DNA of 64,000 bases, taken from positions 9,322 to 73,321 of the forward strand of contig JAHFDK010000008.1 in assembly GCA_023249095.1 (NCBI GenBank), written 5' to 3'. The translations under genes and the position numbers were made by a program. Origin of the DNA: Candidatus Rokuibacteriota bacterium. GTDB lineage: Bacteria > Methylomirabilota > Methylomirabilia > Rokubacteriales > CSP1-6. Positions 19,870 through 28,667 of the stretch are shown here, one piece after another. How positions within the stretch are numbered: the stretch's first letter is position 1; each line of letters opens with the position of its first letter. The notes beneath the pieces were generated by a model. That model did no database searches and was not told where the DNA came from. It was given only the letters and a program-made list of their open reading frames with translations.

Positions 19870-21279
19870 CTAGTACCGGATCCGGACACGATACGTGAGC
19901 TTGGCGGCCCCCTCTTTCGGCACCGGGATCTGGTACTTCAGCGTGTGGGCCTGGATCTTCTCGTACTGATGGCTCGAGGCCAGGACCTGCCAGTCGCCCG
20001 GCACGGGCTCGATGACGGTGACGGTCTGGGCCGCGGTCTTGTGGTTCCGGAGGCTGATCTCCCACTCGATTTCGTAGAGGTTCGAGGCGAGCTTCTTGAA
20101 ATCCTTCTGCGTGCGCTCGCCGACCAGGTCGAAGGCGTTGCCCATCTTGATCTTCACGCGCTCGTCCTTCGGCGTGTGGTCGATCCAGTCCTCGCCGATG
20201 AACTGCTGGCTGCCCGAGCCATCGGCCTTGTAGACGCGGATCTTGCCCTTCGGCAGCGGCAGGCCCAGGCGGTTCTCCTTGCTGTTCTTGACCTCGAGGT
20301 AGACCGCGATCTTCTGGTTCGAGACCGGCACGCCGTAGGCGTTGCGATAGTAGTCCTGCGCGCCGTAGTAGATGAGCTCCTTCGTGATCGGCACCTCGCT
20401 CGCCGCCAGGAGCGAGAGTTGCTTGGTCTGGTTGTCCTTGATGGTCGTGCGGCCGTCGAGCGAGTAGAGGTGGTACTCGAAGAACCCTTCGGACTTGAAG
20501 TCGCGACTCGCGTCGGCCGGACTCTGCGCCTTGGCCGCCATCTCCAGCAGGCGCCCGTCGCGGCGCGGATCCGGCGCCCGGTTCACGTCGCCGGCCACGA
20601 GCTTCAGCGCGGCGTTGCCGTAGGTCGCGCCGCTCTTGTTGTCGATCGTCACCCAGCCCGTGAGGTCGGAGAGCGTGTCGGCGGCGTTGAGCACCATGAC
20701 GTAGTCGGCCTTCCACGTGATGCCGCTCGTGAGGTACGACGCTTCAATGCGCTGCGGCCGCGCCGTCTGGTTGCGGAGGAGCCACACGAGCGTGGGCTTG
20801 GCCACGAGGTTCTCGGGCAGCGAGGGCAGGACGAGCCGGCCGTAGTGGCCCATGTGAATCTGGCCGTTGATCTCGAAGACCGGCCCGTTGGTCGAGAGCA
20901 GCGTCGCCTCGTGGAAGGTGCCGTCGCCCTGGTAGAGGCGGACCTTCCGGCCGACGTACTTCTCCATGAGCTTCTGGCTCGTTAAGAGATCGTACTCGTA
21001 GTTCTGCTCGAGGATCTTGAGCCCCTGCGCATCGGTGAGCGATTTGAGGTGCACAGTGGTCGGATCGATCAGCGCGGCCACGTCCATGAACTGCACCTCG
21101 CTCATCCCGGCGGGCAGGCGGGCCTCGCGCAGGTCTTTCACGAGGCCGAGGTTACCGTTGTAGATCGTCACCATGACCTCGCGCTGGTCGTCGCGCGTGA
21201 CGCTCACGGGCGCCGCGGCCGCCAGCGGCCCCGTCGAGAGCACGAAGGCCAGGGTCAGAGCCATCAGTCGCTTCTTCAT
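19870..21279 (-). CDS. Secreted DUF4139/DUF4140-like (MuiA-family) protein
   Basis: Signal peptide MKKRLMALTLAFVLSTGPLAAAAP, then about 440 aa soluble domain. Family assignment is from recalled similarity, not a search. The upstream 105 codons of the long ORF look like a GC artifact. Confidence 0.5.
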   Translation of the reverse strand: MKKRLMALTLAFVLSTGPLAAAAPVSVTRDDQREVMVTIYNGNLGLVKDLREARLPAGMSEVQFMDVAALIDPTTVHLKSLTDAQGLKILEQNYEYDLLTSQKLMEKYVGRKVRLYQGDGTFHEATLLSTNGPVFEINGQIHMGHYGRLVLPSLPENLVAKPTLVWLLRNQTARPQRIEASYLTSGITWKADYVMVLNAADTLSDLTGWVTIDNKSGATYGNAALKLVAGDVNRAPDPRRDGRLLEMAAKAQSPADASRDFKSEGFFEYHLYSLDGRTTIKDNQTKQLSLLAASEVPITKELIYYGAQDYYRNAYGVPVSNQKIAVYLEVKNSKENRLGLPLPKGKIRVYKADGSGSQQFIGEDWIDHTPKDERVKIKMGNAFDLVGERTQKDFKKLASNLYEIEWEISLRNHKTAAQTVTVIEPVPGDWQVLASSHQYEKIQAHTLKYQIPVPKEGAAKLTYRVRIRY

Positions 21280-21370
21280 CGATGCGTTCCTCCCGATCTT
21301 CCGGATTTGTCCACCTGTCGAGTTAGACCGGAGGAGGTGAGGAAAGTTCCCGGCGAGGGCGTCCAGGCGA

Positions 21371-22366
21371 TCAGCCGGTAATACGCAGACCGATGCGGAC
21401 CCGGGCGGGGAGCTCGGTGGGCTCGCGGGTGGGCTGCCAGCGACCGAGGCGCGCGAGCTCACGGGCGAACTCTGCGTACGCTTCGCGGGGGATCGTGAGC
21501 TCGACGATCGACCCCTCGGGCCCCGAATGCCGCCTGTCCTCGACGCCGCCGAGTCGCGCGACCAACTCGGCGAGGGCGCGCAGGGCCGCATCACGGTCGT
21601 TCACCGCCAGGCCGCCCGAGACGTCGGGCGGTGCGAACGACGCCGCGGTGGGGGGCGTTGCCGCCTGCCGCCGGGCCTTGAGCGCATCGGCGGCCGACTC
21701 CGGCGCCGCTGGTGCCTGGCTCTCCCTTGTCTCGAGCACGCGCCCGGACCGCGCCGGCGGCGCTTCGGTCTTGCCGCCGGCCACCGTCCCCGCCGAGGGC
21801 GCCGGCTCGGCGTCTCTTTGGAAGTTCTGGCGGTCCCGGCGCTGCTCGGTGTCGCCAGACGTGTCTCTCGAGTCGGTTGGCCGCTGAACATTCTCCGCGC
21901 GGGCCCGGGACGGCGCCGGCGCGTCTTTCTTCTCGAACGACCTCTCGGAAGGTTGCGGCGTGGCAGCGCGCGGCGCCTCGGCCACCGTCGGCGCCGGCGA
22001 CTCGAGACGGGCCGCCTGTTGGAGCTCGGGTGTGGCCTGATACAAGTAGACGACGCCGACCGTGACCAGGACGACGGCAGCGGCCTCGACCGGCAGCTTC
22101 ACCGGCCAGGGAAAGAACAGCGCGCGGAGCAGGCGCCGCGGCCAGGACGCCGGTCGCGTGGCCTCTAGCACCCGATCGACGAACCCCGCCGGCGCGCGCG
22201 CCGGCTCGACCGCGCGCAGCAGCGCGACGGTGTCCCGGACCCGCTGGAGGTCACGGCGGCAGTCGACGCAGGCCGCCAGATGAGCGTCGAGCGCGTCGCG
22301 TTCGGCGGCGCCGAGCGCGTCGTCCACCAGCGCCGAGAGCAGCTCACGCGCCTCGTGGCAGGTCAT
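21371..22366 (-). CDS. Anti-sigma factor (zf-HC2 zinc-finger type) with TM segment and extracytoplasmic C-terminal domain
   Basis: N-terminal CxxxxxxxxxxxxxxxxxxxxxxxxxxHLAACVDC zinc-binding motif, one TM helix (VEAAAVVLVTVGVVYLY), a Pro/Ala-rich linker and a C-terminal domain. Start overlaps the sigma-factor stop (ATGA). Confidence 0.7.
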   Translation of the reverse strand: MTCHEARELLSALVDDALGAAERDALDAHLAACVDCRRDLQRVRDTVALLRAVEPARAPAGFVDRVLEATRPASWPRRLLRALFFPWPVKLPVEAAAVVLVTVGVVYLYQATPELQQAARLESPAPTVAEAPRAATPQPSERSFEKKDAPAPSRARAENVQRPTDSRDTSGDTEQRRDRQNFQRDAEPAPSAGTVAGGKTEAPPARSGRVLETRESQAPAAPESAADALKARRQAATPPTAASFAPPDVSGGLAVNDRDAALRALAELVARLGGVEDRRHSGPEGSIVELTIPREAYAEFARELARLGRWQPTREPTELPARVRIGLRITG

Positions 22367-22920
22367 GGCAGGAATCTCTCGAGCTTCTCCTTCAGGTCCA
22401 TCCGTGCCCGGTGCAATCGCGACCTCACCGTGCCGAGCTCCAGCTCGAGCGCCGCCGCGATCTCCTCGTAGGAGAGGCCCTCGAGGTCGCGGAGCACGAC
22501 CACGATCCGGCGCTCCTCGGGAAGCTCGGCGATCGCGCGGTGCAGCGCCGTCTCCAGCTCGCTTCGCTCCAGCTCGGCGGCGGGGCTGGCATGGCTGGAC
22601 GCCAGGCGCGTCAGCGTCTCTTCACCTTCGCGAATCATCCGTCGCTCGCTCGACGCCAGGCGGTTCAAGCACAACCGCGAGGCGATCGTGTAGAGCCACG
22701 TCGAGAGCTTCGCGTCGCCCCGAAACTCGGCGATGGCGCCGTGGACCCGGACAAACACCTCCTGGGCGAGGTCCTCGGCCTCCGCCCGGCTGCCCAGCAT
22801 CCGGAGCGCCACGCTGAAGACGCGATGCTGGTAGGCGATCACCAGGTCCTCGAAGGCCCCAGGGTCGCCCCGCCGGAGCCGATCCACCAGGTGGGAGTCA
22901 TCACCGGTCCGCCCTTCCAT
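22363..22920 (-). CDS. ECF (sigma-24 / RpoE-like) RNA polymerase sigma factor
   Basis: Sigma-70 region 2 (LAQEVFVRVHGAIAEF) and region 4 (SYEEIAAALELELGTVRSRLHRAR). Confidence 0.85.
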   Translation of the reverse strand: MEGRTGDDSHLVDRLRRGDPGAFEDLVIAYQHRVFSVALRMLGSRAEAEDLAQEVFVRVHGAIAEFRGDAKLSTWLYTIASRLCLNRLASSERRMIREGEETLTRLASSHASPAAELERSELETALHRAIAELPEERRIVVVLRDLEGLSYEEIAAALELELGTVRSRLHRARMDLKEKLERFLP

Positions 22921-23079
22921 CCAGTTAGACCATACCGCCCGCGATGGGTTCCCCTCCGTCGAAATTCGACGAGCGCTGTCCGGGGGCGGACTCGTTGCGC
23001 GCGCTCGGGGGTGGGCTCATACTGCCGGCGGCCGCGGCGCCGCCGGGACGGTCGCGGACGGCTGGACAAGAGGTTGCGC

Positions 23080-23439
23080 ATGCTCGACGACGAACGCGCG
23101 CGAGAGTTCGCCGGTGCATGGGTGCAGGCGTGGAATGCCCGCGATCTCGACAGGATCATGACGCACTACGAGGACGACGTGGTGCTGGTCTCGCCGGTCG
23201 CCGCCAGAATCCTCGACGATCCCTCCGGCACCGTATCGGGAAAGGCCGCGCTCCGATCCTATTTCCAGCGAGGGCTGGACGTGTACCCGAATCTCACGTT
23301 CGAGCTTCTGGATGTCATGTGGGGACTCCATAGCGTGGTTCTCTATTACGTCAACCAGAAGGGATCGCGAACCGGCGAATACATGGAATTCGGCCCGACC
23401 GGCAAAGTATCGAGGGTCGTCGCCAACTACAACGGGTGA
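23080..23439 (+). CDS. NTF2-like (SnoaL/DUF4440-type) small protein
   Basis: 119 aa starting MLDDERAREFAGAWVQAWNARDLDRIMTHYEDDVVLVSP, typical of the NTF2-like fold. Confidence 0.55.
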   Translation: MLDDERAREFAGAWVQAWNARDLDRIMTHYEDDVVLVSPVAARILDDPSGTVSGKAALRSYFQRGLDVYPNLTFELLDVMWGLHSVVLYYVNQKGSRTGEYMEFGPTGKVSRVVANYNG

Positions 23440-23451
23440 GCGAGCGACATC

Positions 23452-23834
23452 GTGACCGACGACGAAGGGCAGATTCGCCAGCTGATCGCGCGGTTCGCGA
23501 ACGCGTTCGACCTGAAGGCGTGGGACGCGCTGAGGAATTGTCGCTACGACGTCGAGCGCTGGACAGCCTCAAGACCCACCATCTGGCCGGCAACGCTGAA
23601 ATCACTGTCGAGGGTGCCCGCGGGCGATGCCGGACATCGATGGTCATCTGGCGACGAGACGAGCGCGGCGGCGCATTCGACACGCATTGCCTGTACTTCT
23701 TCGAGGTCGCCAAGGCCGAGGACGGGTGGCATATCTCGGCGATCACCCAGAAGGTGCTGTGGAACGACGGCGATCCGACCGTCCACGCGGGGGTGCCAGA
23801 CGTGACGTCGGCCGGCGGCCGTGTCAGCGCGTGA
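23452..23834 (+). pseudogene. Second NTF2-like (SnoaL/DUF4440-type) gene, apparently frameshifted near 23535
   Basis: N-terminus (MTDDEGQIRQLIARFANAFDLKAWDAL) is in the frame starting at 23452. A C-terminal-like segment (AEITVEGARGR...WRRDERGGAFDTHCLYFFEVAKAEDGWHISAITQ) continues in the frame of ORF 23436..23834. Confidence 0.4.
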
Positions 23835-24738
23835 GGCCGACCTCGCGGAGGTAGCGCAGCACGCCCGGATGGATGCGGTCAGTGCGCGGCGCCGCGGCCA
23901 GCGTGTTGGCGGCGGTGGTCTCGCGCGCCTGTGGCAGGCGCCCGGCGAGCGCGGGCTCACCCCGGTGGAGCGCCCGCGCCAGGCGATGGACCACGCCGTC
24001 GGGGAGATCCGGGCGCGCAAGGACGAAGCTCCACGAGCCGACCGAGGCGAGCGGTGCCTCGAGACCCGGATAGACGCCGGCGGGGACCGTCATCGGCTTG
24101 AGGAAGGCGTGCTTCGCGAGGATCCGCGCGATGCCCGCGGCGTCCGGCGCGATGAAGCGCCCGCCGGCCGGTCCCTGCGCGACCGCCACGAATCCCGGCC
24201 AGCCCTGGCCTCCGCCCCACAGCGCCGCGACGCGCCCGTCGAGCACCATCGCCGGCCCGTCGCCCGCCCGGTCGAGGTACACGGCCTGGAAGTCGCGCTC
24301 CTGGTCGAGGCCGAGCCCGTCGAGCACGTACTTGGCGAGGATGACCAACCCCGAGCCGCGGGCGCCGAAGGCGACGGGCTTGCCGCGCAGATCGTGGACT
24401 CTCCGGTGAGGGCTGTCGGCGCGCACCACGAACATCCCCGGCGTCGAGTACATCGCCGCGACGATTTTCAGATCAGCCGGTGATCGGCCGATCCCGTTGA
24501 ACGCCTCGTGGGCGACCTCGCCCTGGACGAGCGCGATGTCGAGCTGTCCGGCCTCGAGGAGCGGGACGTTCTCGGTGCTTCCCTTGGTGTTCCGCTGCTC
24601 GATCACGAGCGTGGGCTCGGTCTCGTGCACGGTGTCGGCGAAGGCCGCGCCGTACACGGGAAAGCCGCCGCCCGGTGTCGCGGTCCCCAGCACGACGACC
24701 GTCTTTTGCCCCGCCGAGCCCCCCACCGCGATCGACAT
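23824..24738 (-). CDS. TAXI-family TRAP transporter solute-binding protein (possibly 5'-truncated)
   Basis: Motifs recalled as typical of TAXI receptors (LKIVAAMYSTPGMFVVRADSP...VHDLRGKPVAFGARGSG). No signal peptide is seen at the annotated N-terminus. Confidence 0.55.
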   Translation of the reverse strand: MSIAVGGSAGQKTVVVLGTATPGGGFPVYGAAFADTVHETEPTLVIEQRNTKGSTENVPLLEAGQLDIALVQGEVAHEAFNGIGRSPADLKIVAAMYSTPGMFVVRADSPHRRVHDLRGKPVAFGARGSGLVILAKYVLDGLGLDQERDFQAVYLDRAGDGPAMVLDGRVAALWGGGQGWPGFVAVAQGPAGGRFIAPDAAGIARILAKHAFLKPMTVPAGVYPGLEAPLASVGSWSFVLARPDLPDGVVHRLARALHRGEPALAGRLPQARETTAANTLAAAPRTDRIHPGVLRYLREVGLTR

Positions 24739-24853
24739 GGCGGATACCCTATCACGTCCTCGCGCTATACTCGCGCGGGGCGGTGCGCGCCGCCGGCCGT
24801 CGCGGGGCTGGGGCCCCGCCGGCCGAGGCGCCGCTACAAAGTGAGGAAGACCG

Positions 24854-26380
24854 ATGAAGCTCGCCGCCGGCGTCCTGGTCCTGCTGCTCGCCGCGCTGGC
24901 GTCGACCGCTCACGCGCAACCGGTCACGATCACGATCTCTCAGCCTGCCGAGGCGACGACGATGGATCCGGGCCGGAGCACGCAGGTCCTGACGGTGAAC
25001 TATTTCTACAACCTCTACGACACGCTCACCCGCTGGGACACGGCGCTGCGGCTCGGGCCGGGCCTGGCGACCGCGTGGAAGAGCGTCAACGAGACGACAT
25101 GGGAATTCACGCTCCGCCAGGGCGTCCGATTCCACGACGGCTCGCCCTTCGCCGCCGAGGACGTGAAGGCGACGCTCGAGCGCAACCTCCAGGCGGGCAA
25201 GACGGTCGTCCAGCCCGGGTTTGCGACGATCGAGTCGGTCCAGGCGGTCAACCCGACGACGATCCGCATCGTCACGAAGAAGCCCGATCCACTCCTCCTC
25301 GTGCGAATGGCTCAGATGGGCGCCCAGATCCTCCCGGTGCGGCTGACGACCGACGACGGTGTGAAGGAATTGGCCCGCCGGCCCGTGGGCACCGGGGCCT
25401 ACCGGTTCGTCGAGTGGGTGAAGGACGAGCGGCTCGTGATGGAAGCCAACCGGGACTGGTGGGGCTGGGACGGCCGGGCGCCGGCGGTCGAGCGCGTCGT
25501 CTGGAAGCCGATTCCCGAAGACTTCCCGCGAATCGTGGCGCTCGAGAAGGGCGAGGCGGACATCATTACCAACGTCCCGCCCGATCGCATCAAGGGTATC
25601 GCCGACGGCCGCGCGACCCAGATCCTCAGCACGCCGTCGAGCCGCATCGTCACCCTCTCGATCAACGGGACCCAGCCGCCGCTCGCCGACAAGCGCGCGC
25701 GCCAGGCGCTGCACTGGGCACTCGACGTCGGCTCGATCATCCGGAACCTCTACGCGGGGCAGGGTAAGCCCTTCAGCGGCGGCGTCGCGGATACCGACTT
25801 CGGCTACAATTCCGCGCTCAAGCCGTATCCCTTCGACCCGGCGAAGGCGAAGCAGCTCCTGGCCGAGTCGGGGCGCGCGAGCGGTATCGACGTGACGCTC
25901 TACGCCGGCAGCGGCACGATGGTCAACGACAAATTCCTGCTCGAGACGATCGCCGACATGTGGGCGAAGGTCGGCATCCGCGCGAAGATCGAGATGATGG
26001 AGATGGGCGCGCGCCAGCGCATGCTCAACGAGCGCGCCGTCCCACCGAATGGCCTGCTCCTGGGTAACCCGCAGTCGACGCTCCTCGACGCCGACGGAAG
26101 CCTCTGGCGCTTGTGGCATCCGAACGGCTTCAACGGCAAATACTGGATCGGCAGCCAGCCGGGCCAGCGCTTCCACGAGCTGATGGAGCAGGCGCGCTAC
26201 TCACTCGACTCGGCGAAGCGGCGCGCCCTCTACACCGAGGCGACGCAAATCATCCACGACGAGAAGCCGTGGCTCGAGCTGTTCCAGGAGGTTATCGTGT
26301 ATGGCGTGAGCCGGCGGGTCAGCTTCAAGCCGCGGCCCGACTACCGGTTGATCGTGTCGGAGATGGCGGCTAGCCGATAG
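24854..26380 (+). CDS. ABC transporter substrate-binding protein, family 5 (peptide/nickel, DppA/OppA-like)
   Basis: Signal peptide MKLAAGVLVLLLAALASTAHA, then an SBP_bac_5 fold. Confidence 0.8.
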   Translation: MKLAAGVLVLLLAALASTAHAQPVTITISQPAEATTMDPGRSTQVLTVNYFYNLYDTLTRWDTALRLGPGLATAWKSVNETTWEFTLRQGVRFHDGSPFAAEDVKATLERNLQAGKTVVQPGFATIESVQAVNPTTIRIVTKKPDPLLLVRMAQMGAQILPVRLTTDDGVKELARRPVGTGAYRFVEWVKDERLVMEANRDWWGWDGRAPAVERVVWKPIPEDFPRIVALEKGEADIITNVPPDRIKGIADGRATQILSTPSSRIVTLSINGTQPPLADKRARQALHWALDVGSIIRNLYAGQGKPFSGGVADTDFGYNSALKPYPFDPAKAKQLLAESGRASGIDVTLYAGSGTMVNDKFLLETIADMWAKVGIRAKIEMMEMGARQRMLNERAVPPNGLLLGNPQSTLLDADGSLWRLWHPNGFNGKYWIGSQPGQRFHELMEQARYSLDSAKRRALYTEATQIIHDEKPWLELFQEVIVYGVSRRVSFKPRPDYRLIVSEMAASR

Positions 26381-26738
26381 CGCGCGCTTCGAGACGGAGC
26401 AGGCGGCGGTCGACGCGCTGAAATTCCTCAGCGACCTCGCCGCGGAAGCGGTCGAGCTTCTGATCCACGCCGATGACGCCCTCGCCCACGAGCTGGATCT
26501 TGTCCATCAGGCGATCGGCGACGACGTCGAAGTGGCGCCTGGTCTCCGCGGCGCTCGTGGCGATCTCGGCGCGAAGCGCGAGCGTGATCTCGGACTTGAG
26601 CCCCGCCGCGCTCGCGGCGAGATCGCCGCGGAGGGCAAGCGTGATCTCCGAGGTGAGCTCAGACTTCAGCTCTGATTTGAGCTCCGACTTGAGCTCCGAG
26701 AAGCGTCGGTCGAAGTAGGCGACGAGCTCCTGATCCAC
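26370..26738 (-). CDS. Small coiled-coil protein with internal heptad/tandem repeats (DUF1640-like)
   Basis: 122 aa from a GTG start; the stop overlaps the end of the convergent SBP gene. Contains SELKSELKSELKSEL followed by two copies of LKSEITLALR(G/A)(D/E)(L/I)A(A/T)SAA. Confidence 0.45.
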   Translation of the reverse strand: MDQELVAYFDRRFSELKSELKSELKSELTSEITLALRGDLAASAAGLKSEITLALRAEIATSAAETRRHFDVVADRLMDKIQLVGEGVIGVDQKLDRFRGEVAEEFQRVDRRLLRLEARAIG

Positions 26739-26797
26739 GCTGGTACTTTGACGGTCCGACCGGGTCGCGTCAAGTGTGTCGGTCTGGAGACGGCCGC

Positions 26798-27799
26798 TCA
26801 GCCGCCCTTGAGGCGCGGATCGAGCAGGTCGCGCAGCGCGTCGCCCAGCATGTTGAAGCCGAAGACGGCGAGCGAGAGCGCGACGGCGGGCCAGATCGCG
26901 AGCCAGGGTGCCTGGTACATGTGGTCGAGGCCCGCCAGCGAGAGCATCCCGCCCCACGTCGGATAGGGCGGCGGCACGCCGAGCCCGAGGAACGAGAGGC
27001 TCGCCTCCGTCAGAATGACGGTCGAGAGCCCCGTGGTGGCGACCACGATGATGGTCGGCAGCACGTTCGGCAGGATGTGTCCCATCGTGATCCGGACGTG
27101 GCCCGAGCCGAGAGCCCTGGCGCTTTCGACGTACGTGTACTCCTTGATCGACAGCGCGACGCCCCGGACGATCCGCGAGTTCTGGATGCCGAAGGCGACG
27201 CCGAGGACCGCCGTGATGTTCCAGACGCTCGGGCCCAAGAGCGACATGATCGACATCAGGAGCAGGAGGGGCGGGAACGCCATCCACGCGTCCACTCCGC
27301 GCTGGAGCCAGAGATCGAACCGGCCGCCGAAGTAGGCCGAGAGCACACCGATCGTTGTGGCGAGGACGCACCCGAGCAGCACCGCGCCGAAGCCCACGTA
27401 GAGCGAGATGCGCGCGCCGTAGATCAGGCGTGTCAAGAGGTCGCGACCGAGCTGGTCGGTGCCGAGCCAGTGCGCGCCGTTCACCGCGATGAACCGCTCG
27501 GGCAGGCTCGTCTGCGCGAAGCCGTAGGGGGTGACGAGGTCGGCCAGGACGGCCGCCGCCAGCATGGCGACCACGATGGCGCCGCCGATGGTCCCCAGGG
27601 GCTTGCGGCGCAGCATCTGGACCCAGACGTCGACGTACCACGGACGGGTGCGCGACGGCCGGGCGACAGCGACGGCCACCGCGGCGCCGACCGATGAGGT
27701 CGGCAGCGCCGGCGCGCCCCTACCGATACCGGATGCGCGGGTCCAGAACCGCATAGGAGAGGTCGATGAGGAGATTGAGGCCGACGACCATCGCCGCAA
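26798..27799 (-). CDS. ABC transporter permease (DppC/OppC-like)
   Basis: Six TM helices and the binding-protein-dependent transport EAA-like loop (ESARALGSGHVRI). Confidence 0.8.
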   Translation of the reverse strand: MRRWSSASISSSTSPMRFWTRASGIGRGAPALPTSSVGAAVAVAVARPSRTRPWYVDVWVQMLRRKPLGTIGGAIVVAMLAAAVLADLVTPYGFAQTSLPERFIAVNGAHWLGTDQLGRDLLTRLIYGARISLYVGFGAVLLGCVLATTIGVLSAYFGGRFDLWLQRGVDAWMAFPPLLLLMSIMSLLGPSVWNITAVLGVAFGIQNSRIVRGVALSIKEYTYVESARALGSGHVRITMGHILPNVLPTIIVVATTGLSTVILTEASLSFLGLGVPPPYPTWGGMLSLAGLDHMYQAPWLAIWPAVALSLAVFGFNMLGDALRDLLDPRLKGG

Positions 27800-28667
27800 T
27801 GATCAGGTTCACCGACTGGACGACCGGATAGTCGAGCTTGGTGAGCGCCTCGAAGAAGAAGAGCCCGACGCCCGGCAGGCGGAAGATCGCCTCGATGATC
27901 ACCGAGCCCCCGATGTAGAGCGGCGTCTGTAGGCCGATCAGGCTGATCACCGGGATCATCGCGTTCTTGAGCGCGTGGCGCAGCACGATCGTCCGCTCGC
28001 TGAGCCCTTTCGACCACGCCGTGCGGATGTACTCCTGGCGGAGCACGTCGAGGAGCGAGGAGCGCATGATGCGCATGATGGGCCCCGCGCGCGTCACCCC
28101 GAACACGAGCGCCGGCACGATCATGATCTTGAGATTCTCGAGCGGGTCGCGCGTGATCGGGATATAGGTCCAGACGGGCGTCCACTTGAAGTAGATCGAC
28201 GGCAGCACGACCACGAGGACCGCCAGGCCGAAGTAGGGGACCGAGAGCGCCAGGATCGCCAGGATGCGGCCGATGTAGTCGGACGCGGTGTCCTGGCGCA
28301 CGGCCGAGACGATGCCCACGAAGATTCCGATCACGACCGACACGAAAATAGTCAGCGCCGCCAGCTCGAGCGTGACCGGAAACCGCCGGACGAACTCGTC
28401 CAGGATCGGCTGGCGCGTCCAGTACGAGTTGCCGAAGTCGCCCCGTAGCACGATCCCGCCGATCCACTCGCCGTACTGGACGTAGGCCGGGCGGTCGAGG
28501 CCGAGGTCATGCCGCAGTGCCGCGAGGGTTGGGGCATATGCGTGGCCCTCGACCATGCGCGTGGCCACGTCGCCGGGCATGAGCCGCATCATCGCAAACA
28601 CGATCACGCTCACGAGGAAGAGCGTCGGGATCGCGAGCGCGACGCGGCGGAGGACGTAGCGCTTCAC
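27720..28667 (-). CDS. ABC transporter permease (DppB/OppB-like)
   Basis: MKRYVLRRVALAIPTLFLVSVIVF N-terminus typical of DppB and an EAA loop (RTAWSKGLSERTIVLRHALKNA). Overlaps the downstream permease as in dppBC operons. Confidence 0.8.
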   Translation of the reverse strand: MKRYVLRRVALAIPTLFLVSVIVFAMMRLMPGDVATRMVEGHAYAPTLAALRHDLGLDRPAYVQYGEWIGGIVLRGDFGNSYWTRQPILDEFVRRFPVTLELAALTIFVSVVIGIFVGIVSAVRQDTASDYIGRILAILALSVPYFGLAVLVVVLPSIYFKWTPVWTYIPITRDPLENLKIMIVPALVFGVTRAGPIMRIMRSSLLDVLRQEYIRTAWSKGLSERTIVLRHALKNAMIPVISLIGLQTPLYIGGSVIIEAIFRLPGVGLFFFEALTKLDYPVVQSVNLIIAAMVVGLNLLIDLSYAVLDPRIRYR

